63,816 nucleotides of DNA, filler included, from Octopus bimaculoides (GCF_001194135.2; 6 parts of 6 records of this genome joined end to end with filler, not necessarily neighbours in it); one strand, 5' to 3'. Counted from the whole stretch's first letter, positions 22,637-35,339 are shown. The notes: a model not told the origin generated them from the letters alone. Numbers and translations: made by a program.

Positions 22637-22716
22637 CCGAACTTTCGAGCCAGTCTTAACTGATGAGGCAAGGGAAATTGTCAAAACTGGCGTCAGTATT
22701 AAGAATTCTCGATCGG
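22637..22716 (+). ncRNA. Type I hammerhead ribozyme fold carrying a G12A core substitution
   Basis: Extended stem I CCGA..TCGAG..TCTTAA/TTAAGA..CTCGA-TCGG; CUGAUGA 22660-22666; stem II GGCAA/TTGTC; AAAA (22683-22686) where GAAA is expected; stem III ACTG/CAGT; GUA triplet ending 22698. Confidence 0.75.
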
Positions 22717-22918
22717 AATTTTTCAGACGTTTAAGTTCCCTGTTAGTGTATATGTTTACATTTATGTGCGTTAACTACAGCATCAGAGCATTTTAGCTCT
22801 TATATCTAACAATGTAGGTGTTTCTAACACCCTAGTCCCATTTAATGACAATTATAATTCTCGTTTTCAGTGAAACATTGCAAACTGGTGTTCATATTAA
22901 TTTTATATATATATATAT

Positions 22919-23018
22919 NNNNNNNNNNNNNNNNNNNNNNNNNNNNNNNNNNNNNNNNNNNNTTAATTAATTAANNNNNNNNNNNNNNNNNNNNNNNNNN
23001 NNNNNNNNNNNNNNNNNN
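22919..23018. other. Assembly gap spacer (44 N + TTAATTAATTAA + 44 N); same 12-mer at 49346-49357, 51407-51418, 55124-55135, 61760-61771
   Basis: Identical 12-mer centred in N runs; it encodes stops in all six frames. Confidence 0.95.
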
Positions 23019-23132
23019 GTGTGTGTGTGATATATCTATATATATAATGTATGGAAGGTTTGAACAGTCATTCCTTTAAGAATAACTGAATTCTAAATCA
23101 CATGCTTTCGTGTTTGCACACTTGTTACATTT

Positions 23133-23181
<49 letters not shown>

Positions 23182-23379
23182 TTATGTAGTATTTCATTCA
23201 TCCTTGGAGTGCAGCCATTTTACAATACTGCCTTAAAGGAATTTTCTCGAAGAAATCGAACCCGGTACTGATGTCTTTGTAGTCTGGTAATTATGTTATC
23301 GTCGGCATTTGTTGAAATATCTGACAATCGGTGCTTGTTTGTTTACATTCTGTTCACCGCACAAGTTCGGTTAAATCCT

Positions 23380-23425
23380 AACTGGTTCTCAATCGGGGTC
23401 CAAATGACCTCTGGGTGTCCAAATA
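23380..23425 (+). mobile_element. Possible hAT-type MITE end; second copy at about 40403-40440 (-)
   Basis: ACTGGTTCTCAATCGGGGTCCAAATGACCTCTGGG resembles the hAT/Charlie terminus CAGTGGTTCTCAAC; reverse complement of the 40.4 kb copy reads GATTGTCAACCAGGGACCATATGACCCTCAGGG. Confidence 0.35.
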
Positions 23426-23732
23426 GGAATTTTTGATGTTCATTCTAGCAAAATATTAAATTGGGCATCCACTATAGTATTCATGAGTCCATGAAAAAGT
23501 AAATAATACATCTATCTCCCCTGTTTACATCTCTCCCTCTGTCGTCCCATATGCATATTTTATATGTATACGGGCGTTGTATAAGTGGGTAAACATCAGC
23601 AAGCAAACGTAAAAACCGGTGTTCTCTTTGAAAGTCTCTAATAATATGAGTTCCACACCAAAGACTATAGGCCGCAGGTAACTCCTATATAAAATTGTCA
23701 CTAACGAAGCTAATGTGCATAGGTGCTGATAC

Positions 23733-23798
<66 letters not shown>

Positions 23799-24477
23799 GT
23801 GCGTGTGTATAAATGCGTATATATATGTATATATATGAATATATATATGTATATATTTATATACATATGGATTTTTCGAAACGCTTAGCTGATGAACGAA
23901 ATGTTCTCTATGTGGCCTGTTTGTTTTCTGTGCTTTGTTTATGTTCTGTTTTTCATTTTGTCTACGTTTTTTTGTGACTTCCTGTACCCAGATATGCATC
24001 TATATATACATGTAGATGTAGGTATGTGCATACATGTACGTATATATGCATATACCTACATATTATTTGTGTTATTATATATATATATATATATATATGC
24101 ATATACATTTATAATATATGTATATACGTATGTATATGTATGTATCTACATACATACATTCGTACATACATACATACATACATACATACATACATACATA
24201 CATACATACATACATAAGCGTGTAATTGGATGTTGACTTGTCAGCTATTTCTAGCGAGTATCAAAATAGTAGGGTTCTTCTATGAACCAATCGATCGATA
24301 TCTCACGCATAACAGACCGGTCCTCGATTTTCGCAGCTGTTCGAAGCTAATCAGTTTCATTCATCGATAAGAAAATGCCATTGGACAACGTATAAACGAC
24401 TAACAGCCAATTTAATCAATTCTCTCTCACCCCCTTTCTCTCCCTTTATGCCACTATAAACTTTAAAGTGGTGAATA

Positions 24478-24492
24478 TCTATCTATCTATCA

Positions 24493-24556
<64 letters not shown>
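24478..24556. repeat. (ATCT)n microsatellite
   Basis: Directly visible. Confidence 0.95.
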
Positions 24557-24623
24557 CCCAAACTATGTATGCATGTATCTATCATTCTGTCTCTATGTGT
24601 GTATGTGTTTGTTCATACACACG

Positions 24624-24661
<38 letters not shown>

Positions 24662-25006
24662 NNNNNNNNNNNNNNNNNNNNNNNNNNNNNNNNNNNNNNN
24701 NNNNNNNNNNNNNTATATATATATATATATATTTGACAGATTGAGAGGTAGGAGCCGTGAAAAAGTACGTAGTAGAGCGGAAGAAATGTTTACGTATTTG
24801 GTACCTCATAAGAAACCGGCCGCTTTGTCACGTATTATTTCACCGGGAACATGGTGGAGAACTACACCGGAAAGTTCCGGGAAATAAAAGCCGGGTTTAA
24901 AATGTATAAACATCTACGACCTGATTTCAATCGTAAAGTGAAATAAAATAAAATTTTAAGAGTTTTAAACAGAAATAATAAAGGAAAAGAAGGTTTCATG
25001 CACTAT

Positions 25007-25415
25007 AGGTGTATATGTGGCTGTGTGGTAAGTAGCTTGCTTACCAACCACATGGTTCCGGGTTCAGTCCCACTGCGTGGCACCTTGAGCAAAGTGTCTT
25101 CTACTATAGCCTCGGGCCGATCAAAGCCTTGTGAGTGGATTTGGTAGACGGAAACTGAAAGAAGCCCGTCGTGTATATGTTTATATATGTGTATGTGTGT
25201 GTGTTTGTGTGTCTGTATTTGTCTCCCCAACATCGCTTGACAACCGATGCTGGTGTGTTTACGTCTCCATAATTTAGAGGTTCGGCAAAAGAGAACGATA
25301 AAATAAGTACTAGGCTCACAAAAGAATAAGTCCTAGGGTCGATTTGCTCGACTAAAGGCGGTGCTCCAGCTTGGCCACAGTCAAATGACTGAAACAAGTA
25401 AAAGAGTAAAAGAGT
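25007..25415 (+). mobile_element. SINE family A, near full length (tRNA-like head, CORE-like ACCTTGRGCAAGT block, internal dinucleotide tract, tail ending GACTGAAACAAGTAAAAGAG)
   Basis: A-box-like GTGGCTGTGTGG and B-box-like GGTTCAGTCCC; more than 12 homologous copies in this window. Confidence 0.85.
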
Positions 25416-26365
25416 TAGAATGATATATGTCATGATAAGAAATACATGCGCCTTAGCAGTCGCTCAAATTGTTGAGTATATCAGCAAAATAACCACAGAT
25501 TATAAAAGTGCACACATTCGAAAGTATATTTCTCAAAAAGAATTACAAATAAGTTGAAGAATGGGTCAAATTTTGATCAGAGGTCGGTTGAACAAAACGA
25601 GAGCACGATTGAATAATCAATCATATCTATTGATTTACATTCTACAAAATATTCATTTAAATCTGTGAACAAAGATATATGCTTACATACACGTAAAAAC
25701 TTCAGCATCTATTACAGTGCATAAACGAATACATACATACATACATACATACGTAAATACATGCATACGTAAATACATACATATATNNNNNNNNNNNNNN
25801 NNNNNNNNNNNNNNNNNNNNNNNNNNNNNNNNNNNNNNNNNNNNNNNNNNNNNNNNNNNNNNNNNNNNNNNNNNNNNNNNNNNNNNTACATGTGTGTGTA
25901 TGTATATATGTGTGTGTGTGTGAGCATGTGTGTTTGCTTGTGATATCTACCGTCAACGACCGCTTGACAAAGACATATTGATGGAATAAATATCTTTCTT
26001 CAATATAAATACCCCATTCGATTTGTCTGATTTAACATCTTAAGGCTGTTCTCCATCAAAAACAAATGATAACAATTTAAAAGAATTGAAATAAAATATA
26101 GATACCTGTTTATTAGTATAAATACTACATGTTTATTAATACTCCACTGGTAAAGTACTTGTCCCTGCAAGGTACCAGCCAACAGGTCTGGCTTCCATGG
26201 GAATTTGATGTTACCATTCTCAATCATCGGTGTTGTTGTTGGGTAAAAATTGTAAGTTTTCTTTCAAAAGCATTTCTCTTTTCTTCGATCAGAAAAAAGT
26301 TTACATGAGAAATTATTATTCATAAAAGTTTACGATATGCTTGTTATATATTATTAATGTTTTTA

Positions 26366-26510
<145 letters not shown>

Positions 26511-26952
26511 TGTGGTTGGTGTTGTGGGTTTTTTAAATGTGAAATAATATATTATAGTCCTGTCTCTCCATGTAGATACATATACATACATACGTATATA
26601 TATATATATNNNNNNNNNNNNNNNNNNNNNNNNNNNNNNNNNNNNNNNNNNNNNNNNNNNNNNNNNNNNNNNNNNNNNNNNNNNNNNNNNNNNNNNNNNN
26701 NNNNNNNNNNNNNNNNNNNNNNNNNNNNNNNNNNNNNNNNNNNNNNNNNNNNNNNNNNNNNNNNNNNNNNNNNNNNNNNNNNNNNNNNNNNNNNNNNNNN
26801 NNNNNNNNNNNNNNNNNNNNNNNNNNNNNNNNNNNNNNNNNNNNNNNNNNNNNNNNNNNNNNNNNNNNNNNNNNNNNNNNNNNNNNNNNNNNNNNNNNNN
26901 NNNNNNNNNNNNNNNNNNNNNNNNNNNNNNNNNNNNNNNNNNNNNNNNNNNN

Positions 26953-27023
<71 letters not shown>

Positions 27024-27261
27024 CATTTCGTATTCATTTTATCTTATTAATTCTTATAATTAATATTTTACTTTTTCTCTTTTTTCTTCTATTCGTATTC
27101 GCTTATCTTGTGCTATGTTGCATTTTTTATCATAAGGTATGTCTCTTCACTCATTCACTCATTCACTGTTTTCTCATCCTCTCTCACTCAATTTTTCTGT
27201 CATTTTATAAACTATATTTTTTTATCTTGTTCATTATACTACTTCTATCATTAATAAGTAA

Positions 27262-27625
27262 ACAACGAGCCGGAGAAATAATGACCACGCCGGGTTAAAC
27301 GCTTTACGTTTTTAGTTCAAATTCCTCCGAGGTCAAGTTTGTTTTTCATCCTTTCGTGATCGATAAAATGCATACCAGTTGAACCCTGAAGTTAATGGAA
27401 TCAACTAATCCCTTCCTCCAATGAATGTTGCTTAAAACGTTCAGCGTCTTTTTTTTTCTTTTTTTTTTTATTGTGTGTTTCATTACGTTCGGAGTTCATT
27501 ATATTCCGAGGTGGACTTTGCACTTTATCCTTTCGCGGAGGGTAAAATAAGAATCGATTCGGCACTGGAGATCGATATGTCTAACTTAAACTATCTCTTA
27601 AAATCGCTTTCCTTTCTCAAATATT
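27262..27625 (+). mobile_element. Two diverged SINE family B fragments
   Basis: GTTCAAATTCC..GAGGTC..CATCCTTTCG blocks. Confidence 0.65.
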
Positions 27626-27834
27626 AGAAAGAATTATTGTTCAGACGGTAGGTAGTATCAGAAGAATGAACACATAGTTACAGTATTTACTCACATCCCT
27701 TTTAAGACTCGATTTCGAATCACGGTTTCGATTTTTTTCTTATTATATTTATTCTTCAGCGACGATGAAATTGATAACTGATCTTTTAAAAACTTGACCG
27801 AAAATATTATAGAATATATTTTCCGATAACGAAT

Positions 27835-27989
27835 CACAATAAAGTGATAGTATGTTGTCAACTTAATGTGACAGTCCCATGAAAGGGAAGAATGCTACTG
27901 TTATTTAGCCTAGGACGAAATAACAGTAGCATTCTTCCCTTTCATGGGACTGTCACGTTAAGTTGACAACATACTATCACTTTATCGTG
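27835..27989. repeat. Inverted repeat, 72-bp arms, 11-nt loop
   Basis: 27835-27906 versus 27918-27989: only two non-Watson-Crick positions. Confidence 0.95.
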
Positions 27990-28306
27990 CTGCTACTGCA
28001 TAAATCTCTTTGAGAGATTTAGAAATGTATTATTTTTAATAACAATCACATGTTCTTATACATAAGTTGCAAACGTTTATTTTTAGCTACTCAACGGTCA
28101 GATGAATGTTAAAACCAGAAAGAATGACGAACATAGAGTATTAAGACACGTCCTGAAATGGTGACAAAAACAGATGTCCTGTTTAACATTCAAATTTGAT
28201 CCTCGGCGAAGTTTGACTTCCAACATCGATAAAATAGGCACCAAAACGAAGTTACAAAATTATTCTGATATACCTGTAATAATACCTACCAAATATGCAA
28301 TCTTTT

Positions 28307-28338
<32 letters not shown>

Positions 28339-29206
28339 NNNNNNNNNNNNNNNNNNNNNNNNNNNNNNNNNNNNNNNNNNNNNNNNNNNNNNNNNNNNNN
28401 NNNNNNNNNNNNNNNNNNNNNNNNNNNNNNNNNNNNNNNNNNNNNNNNNNNNNNNNNNNNNNNNNNNNNNNNNNNNNNNNNNNNNNNNNNNNNNNNNNNN
28501 NNNNNNNNNNNNNNNNNNNNNNNNNNNNNNNNNNNNNNNNNNNNNNNNNNNNNNNNNNNNNNNNNNNNNNNNNNNNNNNNNNNNNNNNNNNNNNNNNNNN
28601 NNNNNNNNNNNNNNNNNNNNNNNNNNNNNNNNNNNNNNNNNNNNNNNNNNNNNNNNNNNNNNNNNNNNNNNNNNNNNNNNNNNNNNNNNNNNNNNNNNNN
28701 NNNNNNNNNNNNNNNNNNNNNNNNNNNNNNNNNNNNNNNNNNNNNNNNNNNNNNNNNNNNNNNNNNNNNNNNNNNNNNNNNNNNNNNNNNNNNNNNNNNN
28801 NNNNNNNNNNNNNNNNNNNNNNNNNNNNNNNNNNNNNNNNNNNNNNNNNNNNNNNNNNNNNNNNNNNNNNNNNNNNNNNNNNNNNNNNNNNNNNNNNNNN
28901 NNNNNNNNNNNNNNNNNNNNNNNNNNNNNNNNNNNNNNNNNNNNNNNNNNNNNNNNNNNNNNNNNNNNNNNNNNNNNNNNNNNNNNNNNNNNNNNNNNNN
29001 NNNNNNNNNNNNNNNNNNNNNNNNNNNNNNNNNNNNNNNNNNNNNNNNNNNNNNNNNNNNNNNNNNNNNNNNNNNNNNNNNNNNNNNNNNNNNNNNNNNN
29101 NNNNNNNNNNNNNNNNNNNNNNNNNNNNNNNNNNNNNNNNNNNNNNNNNNNNNNNNNNNNNNNNNNNNNNNNNNNNNNNNNNNNNNNNNNNNNNNNNNNN
29201 NNNNTA

Positions 29207-29239
<33 letters not shown>

Positions 29240-29843
29240 ATATATATATTGAGTTTTCTCTCTCGTTCAATTCCTGTTCGTAATTTCTTTCCTTCTGATG
29301 TTTTGATAAAGTCTTTCATCCTTTACGGTATATTTAACCATCCGTGTTGGATTTATGTATTTCAATCTGTGTCGTTTTTGTTATAATGGCGGACGAAATG
29401 TAATAAATAAATGCATAAACGCACACACACACACAGACACTCACACACACACATTCATATATATCTGAACAATACAAACATGATGGATATCACGTCAGTT
29501 TCGACGATCAGTGTTCTAATTGTTCGATCATTGGAACTACAATCATTTTATATACGTTATAATGCTTACTGGGTGAGTATACCACAGACCACTTGTATTT
29601 TCTTTTTTGTAATATATGTAGTTATCAAGCAGAACGACAGTGAAAGACATTGCCTGAGAAAGCTTGGACTGAGGAGAGAAGATATCATGTCCAAGGTGCT
29701 GTTTGAAAAGAACGAACCCTGGACCACTTCTGGAGAGATGCTTTATGTTTCGGTCATTCTTACATCCAAACATACGCATACACTTGCACGCACGCACACA
29801 CATACACACACGCATACACACACACACACACACACACACGCAT

Positions 29844-29897
<54 letters not shown>

Positions 29898-30749
29898 NNN
29901 NNNNNNNNNNNNNNNNNNNNNNNNNNNNNNNNNNNNNNNNNNNNNNNNNNNNNNNNNNNNNNNNNNNNNNNNNNNNNNNNNNNNNNNNNNNNNNNNNNNN
30001 NNNNNNNNNNNNNNNNNNNNNNNNNNNNNNNNNNNNNNNNNNNNNNNNNNNNNNNNNNNNNNNNNNNNNNNNNNNNNNNNNNNNNNNNNNNNNNNNNNNN
30101 NNNNNNNNNNNNNNNNNNNNNNNNNNNNNNNNNNNNNNNNNNNNNNNNNNNNNNNNNNNNNNNNNNNNNNNNNNNNNNNNNNNNNNNNNNNNNNNNNNNN
30201 NNNNNNNNNNNNNNNNNNNNNNNNNNNNNNNNNNNNNNNNNNNNNNNNNNNNNNNNNNNNNNNNNNNNNNNNNNNNNNNNNNNNNNNNNNNNNNNNNNNN
30301 NNNNNNNNNNNNNNNNNNNNNNNNNNNNNNNNNNNNNNNNNNNNNNNNNNNNNNNNNNNNNNNNNNNNNNNNNNNNNNNNNNNNNNNNNNNNNNNNNNNN
30401 NNNNNNNNNNNNNNNNNNNNNNNNNNNNNNNNNNNNNNNNNNNNNNNNNNNNNNNNNNNNNNNNNNNNNNNNNNNNNNNNNNNNNNNNNNNNNNNNNNNN
30501 NNNNNNNNNNNNNNNNNNNNNNNNNNNNNNNNNNNNNNNNNNNNNNNNNNNNNNNNNNNNNNNNNNNNNNNNNNNNNNNNNNNNNNNNNNNNNNNNNNNN
30601 NNNNNNNNNNNNNNNNNNNNNNNNNNNNNNNNNNNNNNNNNNNNNNNNNNNNNNNNNNNNNNNNNNNNNNNNNNNNNNNNNNNNNNNNNNNNNNNNNNNN
30701 NNNNNNNNNNNNNNNNNNNNNNNNNNNNNNNNTGTGTGTGTGTGTGTGT

Positions 30750-30950
30750 ATGTTTGTGTGTCTGTGTTTGTTCCCCCACCATCGCCTGACAAACGATGCT
30801 GGTGTGTTTACGTCCCCGTAACTTTGCGGTTCGGCAAAAGAGACCTCTAGAAAAATACTAGGCTTTCAAAGAATAAGTCCTGGGGTCGATTTGCTCGACT
30901 AAAGTCGGTGCTCCAGCATGGCCGCAGTCGAATGACTGAAACAAGTAAAT
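30750..30950 (+). mobile_element. SINE family A, 3' half after gap
   Basis: Matches 25205-25400. Confidence 0.8.
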
Positions 30951-31457
30951 AAAAAAAAAGAATAAAGAAAAGCACGTGGGTGATTGTGACACTCTTATGT
31001 CAGAAAAATATGACGGGATGGTCACGTGTGTAATGCTTTTGATCATTGGTCAAATGGATCAGAGCTGTCTTGCATATAAAACAATAAAATCAACAACAGA
31101 AAGAACTATATCAGCCACAATTATGAATACGTACAGACACATACATCATACAAACAGTGAAACTCAATCGATCACAGACAATACTGTATGATAAAAACAT
31201 AGACATACACACACTCAAAACACACAAACACACACACATTCACAAATATACCCACACACCCACACACATGTGTGTATAGACACACACGCTAATAGAAGAT
31301 GTCTGTTTAGTTCATTGCCAAGTATCACGTTTCAAATGTATTTTGCTGTCTTGTCTCTATAAGTTATTGCTAATGACGGCCTGTTAGAAAGAGAAAGGGT
31401 CAAGGCTGAAAACACACGCGCCACAGACTAAGATACACACATGCATTCATAAATTTA

Positions 31458-31493
<36 letters not shown>

Positions 31494-33016
31494 CAAATAT
31501 CTATTATGTGCTCTAATTTTTACAGATAGTACATACATATTTACAAATTCATGAGACATTGTGAATGAATTTATTATGTATTTACATTATATATANNNNN
31601 NNNNNNNNNNNNNNNNNNNNNNNNNNNNNNNNNNNNNNNNNNNNNNNNNNNNNNNNNNNNNNNNNNNNNNNNNNNNNNNNNNNNNNNNNNNNNNNNNNNN
31701 NNNNNNNNNNNNNNNNNNNNNNNNNNNNNNNNNNNNNNNNNNNNNNNNNNNNNNNNNNNNNNNNNNNNNNNNNNNNNNNNNNNNNNNNNNNNNNNNNNNN
31801 NNNNNNNNNNNNNNNNNNNNNNNNNNNNNNNNNNNNNNNNNNNNNNNNNNNNNNNNNNNNNNNNNNNNNNNNNNNNNNNNNNNNNNNNNNNNNNNNNNNN
31901 NNNNNNNNNNNNNNNNNNNNNNNNNNNNNNNNNNNNNNNNNNNNNNNNNNNNNNNNNNNNNNNNNNNNNNNNNNNNNNNNNNNNNNNNNNNNNNNNNNNN
32001 NNNNNNNNNNNNNNNNNNNNNNNNNNNNNNNNNNNNNNNNNNNNNNNNNNNNNNNNNNNNNNNNNNNNNNNNNNNNNNNNNNNNNNNNNNNNNNNNNNNN
32101 NNNNNNNNNNNNNNNNNNNNNNNNNNNNNNNNNNNNNNNNNNNNNNNNNNNNNNNNNNNNNNNNNNNNNNNNNNNNNNNNNNNNNNNNNNNNNNNNNNNN
32201 NNNNNNNNNNNNNTATATATATATATATGTATATATATATGTATGTATATATGCATGCATACAAACATTTCAAATATATACAGTGTATCCACGTTTAAAA
32301 CAAAGTGCAACAAAATATGAATATCTACTACCACTACTACTACTGTTTACAATGATAACAATTGAATAAGCATGCTTTTAATCTTCTTAGGGGTTTCAGC
32401 CCAAATACTGTGGCCGTGCTGGGGCACCTAAAACTTTCCGCATTAATGTGTGCAATATCGAAGAACCCCCCCCCCCCATCCTACACACACTTGCACGTAT
32501 ATATGTGTATTTGAACGTCTATCATTTCAAATAATTAGAAATATTTTCGCCTTGGAATTTAGGTTTTCGTTTCAAAAACAAATAATAAAAAGAAAGAATA
32601 TATTAAAATCATATATTAAAATCATAAAACAAGCAATATTTCATTATTTTTCTCTCAAACTAGAAAGTAACTTTATATTCAACATTTAAATATAATTGTT
32701 CAGCATTCCTAACACGGCTTAATTAGTCACGCGAAAATAGTGCTTATTGTATATAATGTAGTATATTACACAAATAATTGTGCATCTACATACACGTGTA
32801 TATATAGGAATGAGTTATACATGTGCATATATGTATATATGTGTATTGTTTGTGCGTGCTTCTGTGTGTTTATGTGTGTGTGTATAGATATATTTATTTA
32901 TATATCTATATTTGTATGTTTACACATATAAATATTAAAACGTGTAAAGTTTGTTTCAAGTGTATACATGCATATATTTTCACGCACGGAAAAATACAGA
33001 CACATATAATACAATG

Positions 33017-33071
<55 letters not shown>

Positions 33072-33496
33072 AGATGTATTCGAGAATATTACGTTTCATT
33101 CATTCTTTAGAACACAACTATTTAACTAGTTAACGCAGAAGTGTGTAAGTTGTAAAGATAATTGCTCCATGTGTGTGTGTTTATGTGCAGACTATATCTA
33201 TGTTTAATGTGTTCATAACTGTTAATTGCAGACCTTGATAACATCCGTAATTTATGTAAAAATACGTAATTCTTCAGCGTTGCTGGAAAAGATGAATGTA
33301 CACATGGTTAAATGTAAACATACAGACACACACACACAGGCATTTTGTTTTGTGTGTAGATATTTGTGTTTGTGTGCACGTATTCATAATTATATATATA
33401 TGTATATGTATGTATATATATATATGTACTTTACAAACAGATTTTATGTAGAGATTTCATAGGCTCAATGCATTGAAATATGTGTTTACACACACA

Positions 33497-33547
<51 letters not shown>

Positions 33548-33743
33548 GTATACACACAATCACTCACAGACGCACGCATACACACACACGCACGCACTAT
33601 ATGCGCAGGCAAATCTAATATGCATAGGCATGCATTAAAATATGTTTCGATCAGGATGTCAGTTTTTTTTTCTCTATTTTTGTTTGTATAGATGTACACC
33701 CTTATAACTATGCATGTCGCATTTCACAATATATATACATGTT

Positions 33744-33776
<33 letters not shown>

Positions 33777-33777
33777 A

Positions 33778-33810
<33 letters not shown>

Positions 33811-34599
33811 NNNNNNNNNNNNNNNNNNNNNNNNNNNNNNNNNNNNNNNNNNNNNNNNNNNNNNNNNNNNNNNNNNNNNNNNNNNNNNNNNNNNNNNNNN
33901 NNNNNNNNNNNNNNNNNNNNNNNNNNNNNNNNNNNNNNNNNNNNNNNNNNNNNNNNNNNNNNNNNNNNNNNNNNNNNNNNNNNNNNNNNNNNNNNNNNNN
34001 NNNNNNNNNNNNNNNNNNNNNNNNNNNNNNNNNNNNNNNNNNNNNNNNNNNNNNNNNNNNNNNNNNNNNNNNNNNNNNNNNNNNNNNNNNNNNNNNNNNN
34101 NNNNNNNNNNNNNNNNNNNNNNNNNNNNNNNNNNNNNNNNNNNNNNNNNNNNNNNNNNNNNNNNNNNNNNNNNNNNNNNNNNNNNNNNNNNNNNNNNNNN
34201 NNNNNNNNNNNNNNNNNNNNNNNNNNNNNNNNNNNNNNNNNNNNNNNNNNNNNNNNNNNNNNNNNNNNNNNNNNNNNNNNNNNNNNNNNNNNNNNNNNNN
34301 NNNNNNNNNNNNNNNNNNNNNNNNNNNNNNNNNNNNNNNNNNNNNNNNNNNNNNNNNNNNNNNNNNNNNNNNNNNNNNNNNNNNNNNNNNNNNNNNNNNN
34401 NNNNNNNNNNNNNNNNNNNNNNNNNNNNNNNNNNNNNNNNNNNNNNNNNNNNNNNNNNNNNNNNNNNNNNNNNNNNNNNNNNNNNNNNNNNNNNNNNNNN
34501 NNNNNNNNNNNNNNNNNNNNNNNNNNNNNNNNNNNNNNNNNNNNNNNNNNNNNNNNNNNNNNNNNNNNNNNNNNNNNNNNNNNNNNNNNNNNNNNNNNN

Positions 34600-34660
<61 letters not shown>

Positions 34661-34689
34661 GTGTTTGTGTTTGTGTGTGTGTGTGTGTG

Positions 34690-34885
34690 TGTCTATGTCT
34701 GTCCCCCACCATCGCTTGACATCCGATAGTGGCGTTTCTACGTTCCCGAAACATTAGCGGTTCGACAAAAGAGAACGTTAGAATAGGTACTAGGCTAACA
34801 AAGAATAAGTCCTGTGGTCAATTTGTTCGTCAAAAGGTGGTGCCCCAACATGACCGCAGTCAAATGACTGGAACAAATAAAAGAA
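34690..34885 (+). mobile_element. SINE family A, 3' half after gap
   Basis: Matches 25205-25400. Confidence 0.8.
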
Positions 34886-35339
34886 TAGAAGAATTAAAAC
34901 AAATTTCTCGCAAACATTGCTGCAGTCCGCTCAGCCGGAAATGAGTTCCAGCAATAGCAGCGAAGTTAAGCCTGAAAAGGACAGGCGTCCTGTTCAGGTT
35001 GGTGTGTTGTAACTTGAATCACGTGTCCATCATGAAATCCGGATTAAGCTCCAGATTTATGAGACCTAGTATTTAAAAATAAAAAGATAACTAACATAAA
35101 AGAAAGAAACAACGCCAACATCGAACTTATGAAAAATCTGAATACGTTATCTGGATTATAGATTTTTAATTATAGCTAAGATTACTGAGGCTAATTATAT
35201 ACTGAGCTAATTATATAACTGCTAACAACTGCTCCAATAACAGTCGTAGGAAGTTGGCTATTTCAAAAGTAGAAATAACATGGGTAATTAAGAAATTATT
35301 ACCTTCTTGTTTAATTAATAATTACAAATTTTAAAAGGG

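Noticed and set aside
22963-22974. TTAATTAATTAA palindrome recurring five times (also 49346, 51407, 55124, 61760)
   Set aside because: Always centred in N runs (44 N each side where counted); an all-frame-stop scaffolding spacer, not biology or a CRISPR-like repeat.
23880-23910. CTGATGA at about 23890
   Set aside because: No downstream GAAA with paired stems II and III.
27715-27765. Minus-strand CTGAAGA...GAAACCG
   Set aside because: The intervening A-rich sequence cannot form stem II, and there is no stem I.
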